Virus record (IMG/VR): IMGVR_UViG_3300024518_005076 | Source of the DNA: a virus | Taxonomy: Duplodnaviria; Heunggongvirae; Uroviricota; Caudoviricetes | Direction: 5' to 3' (one strand) | DNA length: 64,000 bases | In this document: piece by piece, positions 37,524-46,987 of the stretch | Layout of the letters: each line of letters opens with the position of its first letter | Numbering within the stretch: the first letter of the stretch is position 1 | Made by a program: the position numbers and the translations under genes | Notes under the pieces: generated by a model | What the model was told of the DNA's origin: nothing | The model's database searches: none | Seen by the model: only the letters and a program-made list of their open reading frames with translations

Positions 37524-37991
37524 TCAAGAATCTGGAAGCCTGCCTTTGATTAATTCCTCGTACTGGGACTCCGGAACCTGATTATTCTTCAGGATCGCGA
37601 CCAGCGACTTAATGCGCTCGCTGTCTTCGCGATACGCCTTCCGTGCCTTGATAAGTCTCCGCTCCATAGCAGACGGGGCATCTTCCTCATATTCCTCCAG
37701 CACCTTAGCAGCCCGCGAGGCAGAGATATCCGCCGCAGCATGTAGCCTCTCGACCAGGACATCATCATCCGAGGTCGCCATAGCCCGTCCCACAGAGACG
37801 CACATCATGACGTGCCGAGGGGAATACCCCAGGGCAGCCGCCAATCGATCCTTAGTCTGGCCCCCTCCGAACTTCCATAGTTCATTCAGCCGATAAGCTT
37901 CCAGACACGTCTCGCTCCCGGACATCGACCCCCGGTTCACGCAGACACAATCAAACTTGCCGCATCCGCGACAGCCCACATTAACGCTCAT
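37524..37991 (-). CDS. Hypothetical protein (155 aa) with N-terminal Cys cluster
   Basis: ORF; first gene of minus-strand block next to divergent control region. Confidence 0.5.
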   Translation of the reverse strand: MSVNVGCRGCGKFDCVCVNRGSMSGSETCLEAYRLNELWKFGGGQTKDRLAAALGYSPRHVMMCVSVGRAMATSDDDVLVERLHAAADISASRAAKVLEEYEEDAPSAMERRLIKARKAYREDSERIKSLVAILKNNQVPESQYEELIKGRLPDS

Positions 37992-38535
37992 ATCAGCTCT
38001 CCTTTTTCCCGACGTCAGGAAGATGGCCTATTTGTTGCCCTCAACAAAATGGTCCGCCCTTAACTACTCCCCCGCCGTCATTCCCACGTGCGAGACCATC
38101 ACACAACAGATGCAGCGAAGTGTATCAGGCGATTACCACGGGTGCAACCACGGGGTTCAGATCGAGGAAAACCCGGTCAGGATCAGGGCAGCGAAGCTCT
38201 CTTTCCGGGTGTAGAGAACACTCAGTATGAGCATGTGCGACACGTGCATAGAGGTGGTGCATCAAAGTGCTCCATGAACCGGATTGAGGGAAAAATGAGG
38301 ACTGATGTCTGAGGCATCAATACCTGCCTGGCGGGCATGAGAGCGCACTATTGTTCACCCCCGCCTATGTCAATCTGCGCCTATGTTAAGGTCACCTACA
38401 GGCACATGCTGAGTGTTCACACAGAGATCGTCTGCGAAGTCTACGCGGCGTCACGTACCGTTCACGCGATACGTTGACGTGATGGCAGATTCACGCAGGG
38501 TAGCTGCTGGCATGAGCGTGTGGTCGGATCTATCT

Positions 38536-38573
38536 CGTCTTCATCTTCGTCTTCGTCTTCGTCTTCGTCTTCT
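38536..38573. repeat. Hexanucleotide microsatellite (CTTCGT)n, about 5-6 units
   Basis: tcatcttcgtcttcgtcttcgtcttcgtcttc in divergent intergenic region. Confidence 0.8.
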
Positions 38574-38987
38574 AGTTCTTCGCTCGCGGCCTCTGCGTTC
38601 ATCTCCTGCGTCTGCCGAGTCTGGCCAGCGTATCGGTCAACTCGGCAATGACGGCCCACGTGGAGCATCTGAGCGACTAACAGCAAGCGCTGGCGGTATT
38701 TCGGATAAACTTAGATAATTAGTACAGATTAGACCCTTGACCGATAATCGATTCCGGAATCCATCAAAGAACAATCCAAACGACCACAACGAAATTTAGC
38801 CATATCATGACAGATTCAGGGATCTGTACGTGTTTATATAAACTAAGTGTCCTATAAAATTTGAAGTTTATTCTCGTTTATTCGCGTCCAGATTATCGGC
38901 TGAATTCACGATCCTGGATTTCCCTATCTTTGTACCGAATACTTGGATCCTTCGATTCTCAATTCTCACAACACAAGGAGACCAACT

Positions 38988-39119
38988 ATGACCCAGCGAC
39001 AGAAGCTAATGGTAGCGATTCGCGATTACTCTCAAGCTAGCGTCGATGTCGCGTCGATTATTGGCGACGACGAAGCAGAGATGCTCGAACTTTACGCTGA
39101 TCACCTCGACGACTAACGC
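38988..39119 (+). CDS. Small acidic protein (43 aa; below ORF-track cutoff)
   Basis: ATG 7 nt after a perfect AAGGAG RBS at the start of the plus-strand block. Confidence 0.4.
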
Positions 39120-39338
39120 AGACGCCGCGCGGCGGCCTACCGATCGTCGCGCGGAATCGGCTACCCCGGATTGTTGAACGGCATTCACGCCTGACAATCG
39201 GGAGGCCTTACAACCTGACTCGCTCAACGATATCGACTACCGGCAATTACATAGTTGCCGGTTGCCGGTATCGTGGGGTTTCGATGCCCGCCCTGGCGAC
39301 TACCTTATCAACCGGGCATCACATCAGGAGATTTTGAG

Positions 39339-39869
39339 ATGAGTTTGCGAAACCTAGTTGAACGCGACGAGGCGAACGGCGACATTCAGTATTCGGGTCG
39401 CCAGGTGTCGTATCGGAATCGGGACGATAAGGCCGATTTCGCAATTCGACGATTAGATCTTGGCGCGGGGAAAACGACCCCGTCCGTTGAGTCAGTTTGC
39501 GAATCAATCGCAACTGGCCAGATCTCTGAGGTTACTCTGTCTGCAGCACTCGCGGACGCATCAGGCGCAGTCTCAGACCGGTTGACGTCTTCGCAGACGG
39601 TTACCGGCAAGCGCAACCTGTCCCGCCTGGGTCATTCCCTCGCGGAGGAATTGGGCGTGACGATTGAGGCGGAGGTGCCTGAACCTCCCCGCAATCCGAC
39701 ACCCGAACCCCGCCAGGCCACCAACGGCGACATCACGCCGGAAATGATCAGTCAGGCTACCAAACCGGAATTGCTCAAAGCGCTCCGCGAGCGCGGAATC
39801 CCGGTTGACGGTAAATCTAAGGTGGACGATGTCCGCGCCCTGGCAACCTCCGAACTGGTGACAGTCTGA
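39339..39869 (+). CDS. Hypothetical protein (176 aa) with C-terminal SAP/Rho-N-like helix pair
   Basis: CAGGAG RBS; C-terminal 'KPELLKALRERGIPVDGKSKVDDVRALA'. Confidence 0.5.
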   Translation: MSLRNLVERDEANGDIQYSGRQVSYRNRDDKADFAIRRLDLGAGKTTPSVESVCESIATGQISEVTLSAALADASGAVSDRLTSSQTVTGKRNLSRLGHSLAEELGVTIEAEVPEPPRNPTPEPRQATNGDITPEMISQATKPELLKALRERGIPVDGKSKVDDVRALATSELVTV

Positions 39870-40004
39870 ACCAGTTCAGCGGGCGCGAGGGTTTTCCCGC
39901 GCTAGCGTCCCGAATCCCGCCAGGGTAACACCTGGCGGGGTTTTCTCATGCGCCAAGGCGATTGGCGTACGGGAAAACCTACCTCAAACCCAGGAGACAA
40001 AACC

Positions 40005-40802
40005 ATGCAACGTATGCCGAAAGACCGGCGCAGACAGTCTACAAAACAGGGAGGCCGCAAACCCGATGCGGGCATTGTCCCCGCAATTGCGGTCAAGATT
40101 GAGGCGGACGGAAACGGTAAACATGTCCGCCGGTATCGCGAGGGATCCCGCGTCCTAACATCAACCGGAATTATCCCGCCAGCCGTTGGGCGCAGATTGT
40201 TGTTGGAGGCTGGATCTGGCGATTCTGACGCCAGCCTAACGGCGCGGGAAGACGCGCAGACATCAAACCGCAATGAACTGCGCGTTGAGGTGAACGGACA
40301 TCGGCGCAGAACTGCGATTGCGATTCAACGCAAACTATCGGATATGGGGATCCCGCATTCAATCACCAGTCATCCAGACGATTGCCGCGCGGATTGTTTC
40401 GGTTGGGTTGTTCGGGGATCCGATAATGCCCGCCAGGCTTTTCTATTCTGGTGTCAACGTTCGCGGAAAACTCGCGGGCAATTCCAGGCCGATACCGAGC
40501 TTGCGACACCACATGGAACCGGCACGGACGGACATCAAACCCCAGTTGGCAAGATGCAAGCGCGGGATCCCAACCGGCCGCGAGTGACTACGGACGGAAA
40601 TGCCATCGCGGCAAATGCCCGCCAGGCCGCAAGATCTCAAACAATGCGGATTGAGGCTGAACGCAGAGCGAACAACCGGCGCAAAGCGGACGGATTGCGC
40701 GAGGCGGAGAAAACCGCGAGGCGCGAGGCGAAGCGTACGGAAATCACAATCCAGGCTATCCGCAACGGAGGTTTGCCGGATTGCTTGATCTTCCAGGGAT
40801 GA
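40005..40802 (+). CDS. Arg-rich basic hypothetical protein (about 265 aa)
   Basis: ORF in GC-rich island; CAGGAGAC RBS. Confidence 0.45.
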   Translation: MQRMPKDRRRQSTKQGGRKPDAGIVPAIAVKIEADGNGKHVRRYREGSRVLTSTGIIPPAVGRRLLLEAGSGDSDASLTAREDAQTSNRNELRVEVNGHRRRTAIAIQRKLSDMGIPHSITSHPDDCRADCFGWVVRGSDNARQAFLFWCQRSRKTRGQFQADTELATPHGTGTDGHQTPVGKMQARDPNRPRVTTDGNAIAANARQAARSQTMRIEAERRANNRRKADGLREAEKTARREAKRTEITIQAIRNGGLPDCLIFQG

Positions 40803-40827
40803 TACTCGCGACAATTCAACACGTCCT

Positions 40828-40864
40828 GCCCGCGCTGGCATGTGATCAGCGCGGGCATTTTTCG
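40828..40864 (+). terminator. Rho-independent terminator
   Basis: Perfect 10-bp stem GCCCGCGCTG/CAGCGCGGGC, 9-nt loop, followed by ATTTTTCG. Confidence 0.7.
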
Positions 40865-41103
40865 TATCGGGACACAATGCCCAACCGGCAACCTGGACAG
40901 CGTACGCAATCCACCTGGACAACACGCAACCGGCAACAATCCACACTCGCGACCTGGATCCCGTTCGTTCATGTGAACGGCACAATTACTGAACGCGCGA
41001 TCGTTCGTATCAACAATGGACCTGAACATACGTCAGGTTGTGGACACGCGGAGAGCGCCGGCTCCGGCGCAGATAAGATAGATCCAGATTCCTATGAGAT
41101 AAC

Positions 41104-41135
41104 CCCTCATGGGAACGAAACCCCCTCATGGGAAC
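41104..41135 (+). promoter_or_regulatory. Two half-copies CCCTCATGGGAAC immediately upstream of ATG 41142
   Basis: Direct observation. Confidence 0.55.
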
Positions 41136-41141
41136 CAGGTC

Positions 41142-41312
41142 ATGAATCTCACCGCAGTTCAGTACGAATCAATCTGTGCTCTGATCGCGTGTCGTGGGAA
41201 AGAATCTGCCATCAAACAGGTATCACACTTCCTGGATGGAGAAGATCTGGATGCGGCTAAGGCCTTTATCGACAAGGCTGATGTCGATGAAGATACCAGG
41301 CATATCAAATAG
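41142..41312 (+). CDS. Small hypothetical protein (56 aa)
   Basis: ATG directly after a CCCTCATGGGAACC element. Confidence 0.4.
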   Translation: MNLTAVQYESICALIACRGKESAIKQVSHFLDGEDLDAAKAFIDKADVDEDTRHIK

Positions 41313-41332
41313 TCCCTCATGGGAACGAAACC

Positions 41333-41470
41333 ATGCTTACAGCAGAACAGATCAGCTTGATCATCGACTCTGAGGCAGACAGGATTAATCCTGTCCATCA
41401 CCCTGAGTGTGAATGCTATGAATGCGTCTGCGAGTACGAATCTATGGCGCAGTTTGAAGAGAACAACTAG
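41333..41470 (+). CDS. Small Cys-rich protein (45 aa; below ORF-track cutoff)
   Basis: ATG 7 nt after a CCCTCATGGGAACGAAACC element. Confidence 0.3.
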   Translation: MLTAEQISLIIDSEADRINPVHHPECECYECVCEYESMAQFEENN

Positions 41471-41584
41471 ACCCCTCGTGGGAACCGATGCTCCCGGTGC
41501 GACCGACGATATGACTCATGGGAACCAGGCGATGGGTTCCCTTCCTGTTCCCTCATGGGAACGTAATTTTCAGGAGACGTAGCG

Positions 41585-42118
41585 ATGTTTCGCAAGATTC
41601 TGACTCTCGGCTTAGGGGCAGCGTGGTCCTTCCTTCAGGCTAATCAGGACAATCTGTCCTCCTTCGCCAAAGGTTACACGGCTGCAATGCTTCGCGTGGC
41701 ATGTGGCCAAGTCACAGTGAAAGATGCACAGGAAGCGGTCAATGACCGGTACACGTGGATCACAGTAGTGATGAATGGGGAAATGGTCGCGTTCCTGCCT
41801 GTCCCTCATGGGACTCCGGCGGAAGATGCCGTGCAGTTCGCTTGGGAGAATACCCAGCATGGGAACCGATGGTATTGGGACACCAGGCCAGGCGTAAAGG
41901 TTGCTCCGACTCACGTGGGGACAATCCGATCGACAATGGTCGGGGACTCATTCATCTATGACGGAAAACGGTATCTCGTCGCCCCTGCAAGCTTCCCGTG
42001 TGTCGATAGCATTCCACTGGTCGGGATGACTCCGGAATTGCTGGGTGCAGACTCCAGCGGGTCGCTCGTTCGCGATCGTAATGGTGTCGAATGCTTCGCC
42101 TGTCTGGGTGAAGACTAG
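41585..42118 (+). CDS. Hypothetical protein (177 aa)
   Basis: CAGGAGAC RBS after a conserved element. Confidence 0.55.
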   Translation: MFRKILTLGLGAAWSFLQANQDNLSSFAKGYTAAMLRVACGQVTVKDAQEAVNDRYTWITVVMNGEMVAFLPVPHGTPAEDAVQFAWENTQHGNRWYWDTRPGVKVAPTHVGTIRSTMVGDSFIYDGKRYLVAPASFPCVDSIPLVGMTPELLGADSSGSLVRDRNGVECFACLGED

Positions 42119-42320
42119 AAGCACGAGGTGTGACCGAAAATCATGTTTGTGGGAACAGAGTGCCGGTCGTCCCTGTCATTGAGGGAACGCAAACGCAATG
42201 TTCGCAGGTCAATAACAGACCGCATTGCTGCGACCGGCACGGATCCGCAGGTTTGCCGGACCCCTGCGGTGTCAGCTTGATACTCTCATTTGAGAGGGAT
42301 CCAATTCCGGCTCATTTTAA

Positions 42321-42385
42321 CCCTCATGGGAACGGAGGCGATGCCGTTCCCCTTAATCCCTCATGGGAACCAGGCGATGGTTCCC
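42321..42385 (+). promoter_or_regulatory. Two tandem copies of conserved element CCCTCATGGGAAC(C); second copy is the full palindromic form CCCTCATGGGAACC-AGGCGAT-GGTTCCC just upstream of the RBS
   Basis: Direct observation; same element at 43067..43094, 45545..45572, 41514..41562. Confidence 0.6.
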
Positions 42386-42405
42386 CAATCAGGAGACGAT
42401 GCAGT

Positions 42406-42786
42406 ATGAGAATCGACGGTATTGCCATAGGGCGCGAATCGGCTGACAAGATCAGCTTGCATCTGGATCGAGTCCACCAAATAGGTGAGGAACTCTCTGT
42501 CGAGGAATTCATCGAAGCGATTCGTGGGAACCTGAGTGTTGAACTTCTGGTTTCAGGGGAACGAGTATTCGTCAATTGTGCAGACACTCCGTGCATGACA
42601 ACGAATGCCGACCTGAATCGGGAATTCGGGGACAGAAACCTCTTCTTTGCCGTGCTGCAGGAATCCCCGAGATCGTATCTCTTCTGTGACGATCCAGAGG
42701 ATGGGATGCACTGTCACTTGATTTTCCCGGATTACGATGCGGCGGCTGAGGCGGCGGCTGGATTGTTGAATCCGATCATCTACTAG
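42406..42786 (+). CDS. Hypothetical protein (126 aa)
   Basis: CAGGAGACGATG context after full element at 42358..42385. Confidence 0.45.
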   Translation: MRIDGIAIGRESADKISLHLDRVHQIGEELSVEEFIEAIRGNLSVELLVSGERVFVNCADTPCMTTNADLNREFGDRNLFFAVLQESPRSYLFCDDPEDGMHCHLIFPDYDAAAEAAAGLLNPIIY

Positions 42787-43066
42787 CGCCTCGCGAGAAC
42801 CCGATCAATCCCTGGCTGACGACACAGTTGGAAGATCGGTGGCGTCGGGAAACCATCGGACAAGAACCTAAAGCAGTCCCTCGCCTGACTCCCGCTGACT
42901 GAACCGAGACGAAGATTGTTACCGACGTATGACATAACCCCTCATAGGAACAGGATCCAATCCCTTTCCCCCCGGCTCTCACCAGATGGCACTGTGAGCC
43001 TAACACTGCCGATGATAAAGCGGCCTGGTGGGAGAGTGATCTGGATTCCTGTTCCCTTTCTTTAAC

Positions 43067-43094
43067 CCCTCATGGGAACCTGGCGATGGGTTCC
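43067..43094 (+). promoter_or_regulatory. Full copy of element (CCCTCATGGGAACC-TGGCGAT-GGGTTCC) 30 nt upstream of gene start 43125
   Basis: Direct observation. Confidence 0.6.
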
Positions 43095-43124
43095 TTCCCT
43101 TCATGAGAACCAGGAGACGATGCG

Positions 43125-43592
43125 ATGACTGAGACCAAAACCCGTGAATGGGCACTCGGTGATGAAATCTGCGACATGCACTACGGGTTGCCAGATCACA
43201 CCTGGGATCGCGGGTCGCAAATTCCGATCACAACGCGGAATCACGTTCGTTTGCAGTACCTGAACGACGCGCACGATCTGGTCGAAAAAGCTTTGGAGTC
43301 TTCTGGGTCACTGTCTTGTTTTTACACAAACAAGATGGCCGTTGTCGTCGGTGTTCCAGTTTCGGATGCTTGGTACAAAGTGGCGTACTCTTATGACTGC
43401 CACACGTTCGGGATGTTTGAGTTTCAGCCCATTCCCGTTCAGGAGCCTGAGCCGGAACCCGAGAAGCCCAGGAAGACGATCTTTACCACTGCCGAGATCG
43501 CCAAGCTTCTCAAGGTTGCGCCTCGAACCGTGTCAAAATGGGAAGAGTATGTATATCGATGCACGATTGAAGAACTGGAAGACAACGCATAA
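43125..43592 (+). CDS. Hypothetical protein with C-terminal HTH (155 aa)
   Basis: CAGGAGACGATG context after element at 43067..43094; 'FTTAEIAKLLKVAPRTVSKW' HTH. Confidence 0.55.
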   Translation: MTETKTREWALGDEICDMHYGLPDHTWDRGSQIPITTRNHVRLQYLNDAHDLVEKALESSGSLSCFYTNKMAVVVGVPVSDAWYKVAYSYDCHTFGMFEFQPIPVQEPEPEPEKPRKTIFTTAEIAKLLKVAPRTVSKWEEYVYRCTIEELEDNA

Positions 43593-43807
43593 TCCCCTCA
43601 TGGGTCGGGATTCCCCTGTCTGACATAGTCCCTGCGGTCATCACCCGCAATGCTGCCCTACGAAGCCTGCAATCGCTTTCTGTCTCTGCTCGCATCCGAG
43701 ACAGGGCTACGCTGTGCATACCGGGCCGTGCATAAAGATGGCAACGCATACTATTCAGACAGGGAGATCTCGACCCATGAACTAAGACCCTCATAGGAAC
43801 CCGAGCG

Positions 43808-44053
43808 ATGCACGATTATGAGATATCAGTGCCGACAGACTCCACAGAATCAGAGTGGATGGTTTCTCAGGTCACACACGCCAGAAGCCTCCATGATGCA
43901 TCAGTCTATATGGCCCGGTATCTAACCAGATTCCGGGTTCGGAGTGTCTCTCACAATGAGACATTTGACTACGGAGTCATTCATCATCCGAATCATGGGT
44001 ATGCGTACCCTTCACTCAAGGCAGTCATATGTCCAGAGAAAACAACGCTATGA
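43808..44053 (+). CDS. Hypothetical protein (81 aa)
   Basis: ATG 8 nt after CCCTCATAGGAAC. Confidence 0.4.
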   Translation: MHDYEISVPTDSTESEWMVSQVTHARSLHDASVYMARYLTRFRVRSVSHNETFDYGVIHHPNHGYAYPSLKAVICPEKTTL

Positions 44054-44396
44054 AAACCTTTGAGATCCAAGTTCCCATCTCTGATGGCGAGTGGGTAACG
44101 TGGGATACGTGTGAATCGAAGACTACAAATGGGCCTAAGGGGTTGGCGGGCCGATTCTGCCTCAAGAAATTCCGCATCATTGATGTTGAGACTGGGGAAT
44201 CTGAAGAATACGAAATGAAGACTCTTCCGTGGTAGGCCCAATCCCTCATAAGAACCAGGGCGTGACGGAACAGTCGACGTCCTTCGCGAGAGCATGTGTA
44301 GGATAGGTGGGAGGTGAAGATGCCAGGCCGCAAGACCTGTCTGAACCGTCCTTGAAATACCACCCGTGCTCTTTCCCTTAAATCAGGAAAACAGTC

Positions 44397-44666
44397 ATGG
44401 AAAATCAGTACCACGCCAAAATGACAGAACTCAGACATCAGGTTTTCGAACTGGCTAATGAAATGGCACTGGATGATCTGGGTCACGTTGCCACAACTCT
44501 ACACCACGCATCCAACACCATCACAAGAGCCATAAACTCTCTCGAATCGGGAAGTGTCGATCTTCAATGCCTCATAGAAGATGGACTTCGCGGACTAGGT
44601 GGAATTATTGCGCTGGAACACTCACAGGAACACGACCATGTCCAGAATCATCGGCAAAGTGATTGA
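44397..44666 (+). CDS. Hypothetical protein (89 aa)
   Basis: ORF. Confidence 0.45.
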   Translation: MENQYHAKMTELRHQVFELANEMALDDLGHVATTLHHASNTITRAINSLESGSVDLQCLIEDGLRGLGGIIALEHSQEHDHVQNHRQSD

Positions 44667-44838
44667 CAGTGGATCCGACAATGCCTGGCCCACGACAGCC
44701 GCCAGTGACATTGTCTTCGGTGTTATCTTCGGATCAGCCCTTGTGATGATCCTGGGTTTCGGGATCGCGAGTCTGATCCTCAGGCTTCCCTTGTAGGAAA
44801 TAGTGGGTAGTTTTTCTCACAACACAGGAGACAATCCA

Positions 44839-45021
44839 ATGCCCGAATTCGAATTTGTGGCCCACGAGACCCGCAGGCAGAAAGTCAGGTACTGGGTTGT
44901 TGCTGACAGCCTGGAAGAGGCGACCGAGCTTGCTGAAAGGGGCGAAACGGACAACGAAGAGGACGTGGAATGCCTAGCCGTCTACAGCAGAAGCGTGAAG
45001 CACATCAAGCCTTGGAAATAA
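44839..45021 (+). CDS. Small acidic protein (60 aa)
   Basis: ORF with AGGAGACAATCCAATG context. Confidence 0.35.
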   Translation: MPEFEFVAHETRRQKVRYWVVADSLEEATELAERGETDNEEDVECLAVYSRSVKHIKPWK

Positions 45022-45544
45022 AACACACTGGGTTAGATTTGGCCATCCGGCTCAGTGATGACGACACGATCGACGAAGTTGACCTGTTGGAGATGGTCGC
45101 CGTCCTTGCGGTTGACTAGCCGATGTCCGCGCTGGAACCGATGTCCAATCTTGGAAGACAGACCATGCCGTTGACCTCTCGCACACCGATTAGGAGACAG
45201 ACCATGATCGGAAAAGTCATCAAGAGCGGTGGCGGTCCATACCGCGAACGTAACAGATTCGCCGCAGATGTAGTCATAGGAACGACTTGCGGCGTATTCC
45301 TCCTCATGGCTCTCACTGCCGCCACGATCTGGATTAGCGCCAGCCTTGGCGCTGGAGGAAGCTTTACTACTGTACGTGTTCAGTAGTAAAGTGCCCAATA
45401 CGGAACCAGAGGTCCCACTCGGTAACGAGTATATCTGTGTAAACTAAAGGCCAATTGTTCCAAAAAGCTGAGTTAGATCTGGCCATCCGGCTCAGCCCCG
45501 TGGCGGGCAGGCAGTGTGTTGCTGTCCTGTCCGCCACAATTTTA

Positions 45545-45572
45545 CCCTCATGAGAACCAGGCGATGGTTCTC
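45545..45572 (+). promoter_or_regulatory. Full copy of element (CCCTCATGAGAACC-AGGCGAT-GGTTCTC) upstream of gene start 45606
   Basis: Direct observation. Confidence 0.6.
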
Positions 45573-45605
45573 TTTACCCCTCGTCAGAAACCAAGGAGAC
45601 ACGCG

Positions 45606-45851
45606 ATGAATGCTGCACTCAGAACAATCGATGCGATCGACGAACAGCTCGGAATTGCCTCTGTGGGGATCGAGTCCCTGCACGAAGGCAAATACCGGGA
45701 CAAGATGCTCAGGGATGTCGTTCTGCTCCGCGAAACCCTGGCTGCTGCGAGGTGCTTTGAGCACTCTGTGGCCAGCAAGAGCACGAACATCGACTGGAAG
45801 TTCCTGCGACAGCAGCAGGCCGAGGCTCGGGAACTCTGTCACGCTGGATAG
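45606..45851 (+). CDS. Hypothetical protein (81 aa)
   Basis: AAGGAGAC RBS after element at 45545..45572. Confidence 0.45.
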   Translation: MNAALRTIDAIDEQLGIASVGIESLHEGKYRDKMLRDVVLLRETLAAARCFEHSVASKSTNIDWKFLRQQQAEARELCHAG

Positions 45852-45889
45852 GGCGTGATCACTTCCAAAACCTCAAAAGGAGACAAGTC

Positions 45890-46987
45890 ATGGATAAGAT
45901 TCAAGAAATGACACCTGAGCAAGAACAGCAAATGGTTGAGTTCAGGGAAGAGTACCTTCAGATTGGACTGTCTACCGAACCCGCCAACAGAGAACTGGCA
46001 GAACAGGCCATTCAGTCAATCAGATCCAAGGCCCACAAGGAGTGCTCATCCTTCATGTGGTTCGACGGGATAGCGACAGCAGAATTATTCTTAAATATCG
46101 GGGCCAATCTCTGGGACAATCTCGGGGACAATCTCTGGGCCAATCTTAGTGACAATCTCGGGGCCAATCTCGGGGACAATCTCTGGGCCAATCTCAGGGC
46201 CAATCTCAGGGCCAATCTCTGGGCCAATCTCGGGGACACTCTCTGGGCCAATCTTAGTGACAATCTCGGGGACAATCTCTGGGACAATCTCGGGTCCAAT
46301 CTCGGGGCCAATCTCAGGGACAATCTCAGGGACAATCTCGGGTCCAATCTCGGGGCCAATCTCAGATTACACAGTCAGCTCGAAGGGCAAATGGAGTATT
46401 GGATTGCGTGGTACATGTTTCCTCATAAATTCCTGAGGAACATTCATTCGGATTCCGACATGGAACATTTGAATGAGTGGGACTCAGTATTCCGATCGTG
46501 CTGCTGGTGGTGGCCATACGAAAACACCACAATTGTTGCCGAAAGGCCCGCCTCGATCGTCAGAAACGAAGAGGGATTGCTGCATAATGAATCTGGACCT
46601 GCAATCTCGTGGCGAGATGGTTGGGAACACTTTGCCTTGGAAGGCGTTAATCTGGATCGTCAAATCGTCATGGCTCCTGAGTCTCAATCGGTACAACAAT
46701 TGGAATCAGAAGAAAACGAAGAGGTGCGTAGAATCAGAATCGAGCGATTTGGGGTTCTGCGGTATCTGGAAGAGTCTAACTCATCAGTCGTAGATACTCG
46801 TCGCAACGACATCGAAGCCACTTTTGAAATACTGGCCAATACGCCAAATGGCCAGCGATTAGTCACACACTGTCCCTCTACGGGAAGGCGTTATTTCCTT
46901 TCTATCCCAGAGCAGGTCGAAACCTGCGAACAGGCACAAGCTGTCCTGTGGGATGATCACGACATGAGAATTATAGGGAGAACGTAA
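45890..46987 (+). CDS. Protein with about 22 tandem tetrapeptide repeats ([AD]NL[GWRS]) followed by a Trp-rich globular domain (365 aa)
   Basis: 12-nt DNA tandem repeat 46101..46366 stays in frame; AAAGGAGAC RBS. Confidence 0.6.
   Translation: MDKIQEMTPEQEQQMVEFREEYLQIGLSTEPANRELAEQAIQSIRSKAHKECSSFMWFDGIATAELFLNIGANLWDNLGDNLWANLSDNLGANLGDNLWANLRANLRANLWANLGDTLWANLSDNLGDNLWDNLGSNLGANLRDNLRDNLGSNLGANLRLHSQLEGQMEYWIAWYMFPHKFLRNIHSDSDMEHLNEWDSVFRSCCWWWPYENTTIVAERPASIVRNEEGLLHNESGPAISWRDGWEHFALEGVNLDRQIVMAPESQSVQQLESEENEEVRRIRIERFGVLRYLEESNSSVVDTRRNDIEATFEILANTPNGQRLVTHCPSTGRRYFLSIPEQVETCEQAQAVLWDDHDMRIIGRT
46101..46366 (+). repeat. Tandem 12-bp repeat array (about 22 units: gccaatctctgg / gacaatctcggg variants) inside a CDS
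   Basis: Directly visible periodicity. Confidence 0.85.

Noticed and set aside
38462-38686. 74-aa minus-strand ORF with EDEDEDEDEDE run
   Set aside because: Product of the hexanucleotide microsatellite in a non-coding control region; no RBS.
41100-45600. Possibility that the repeated CCCTCATGGGAAC elements form a CRISPR-like array
   Set aside because: Spacing is irregular (20 to >500 nt), the repeats are short and degenerate, and the intervening DNA is protein-coding with RBS/ATG right after each element.
46012-46359. 115-aa minus-strand ORF (MAPRLDPRLSLRLSLRL...)
   Set aside because: It is the antisense reading of the 12-bp tandem repeat array; periodic repeats keep any frame open.
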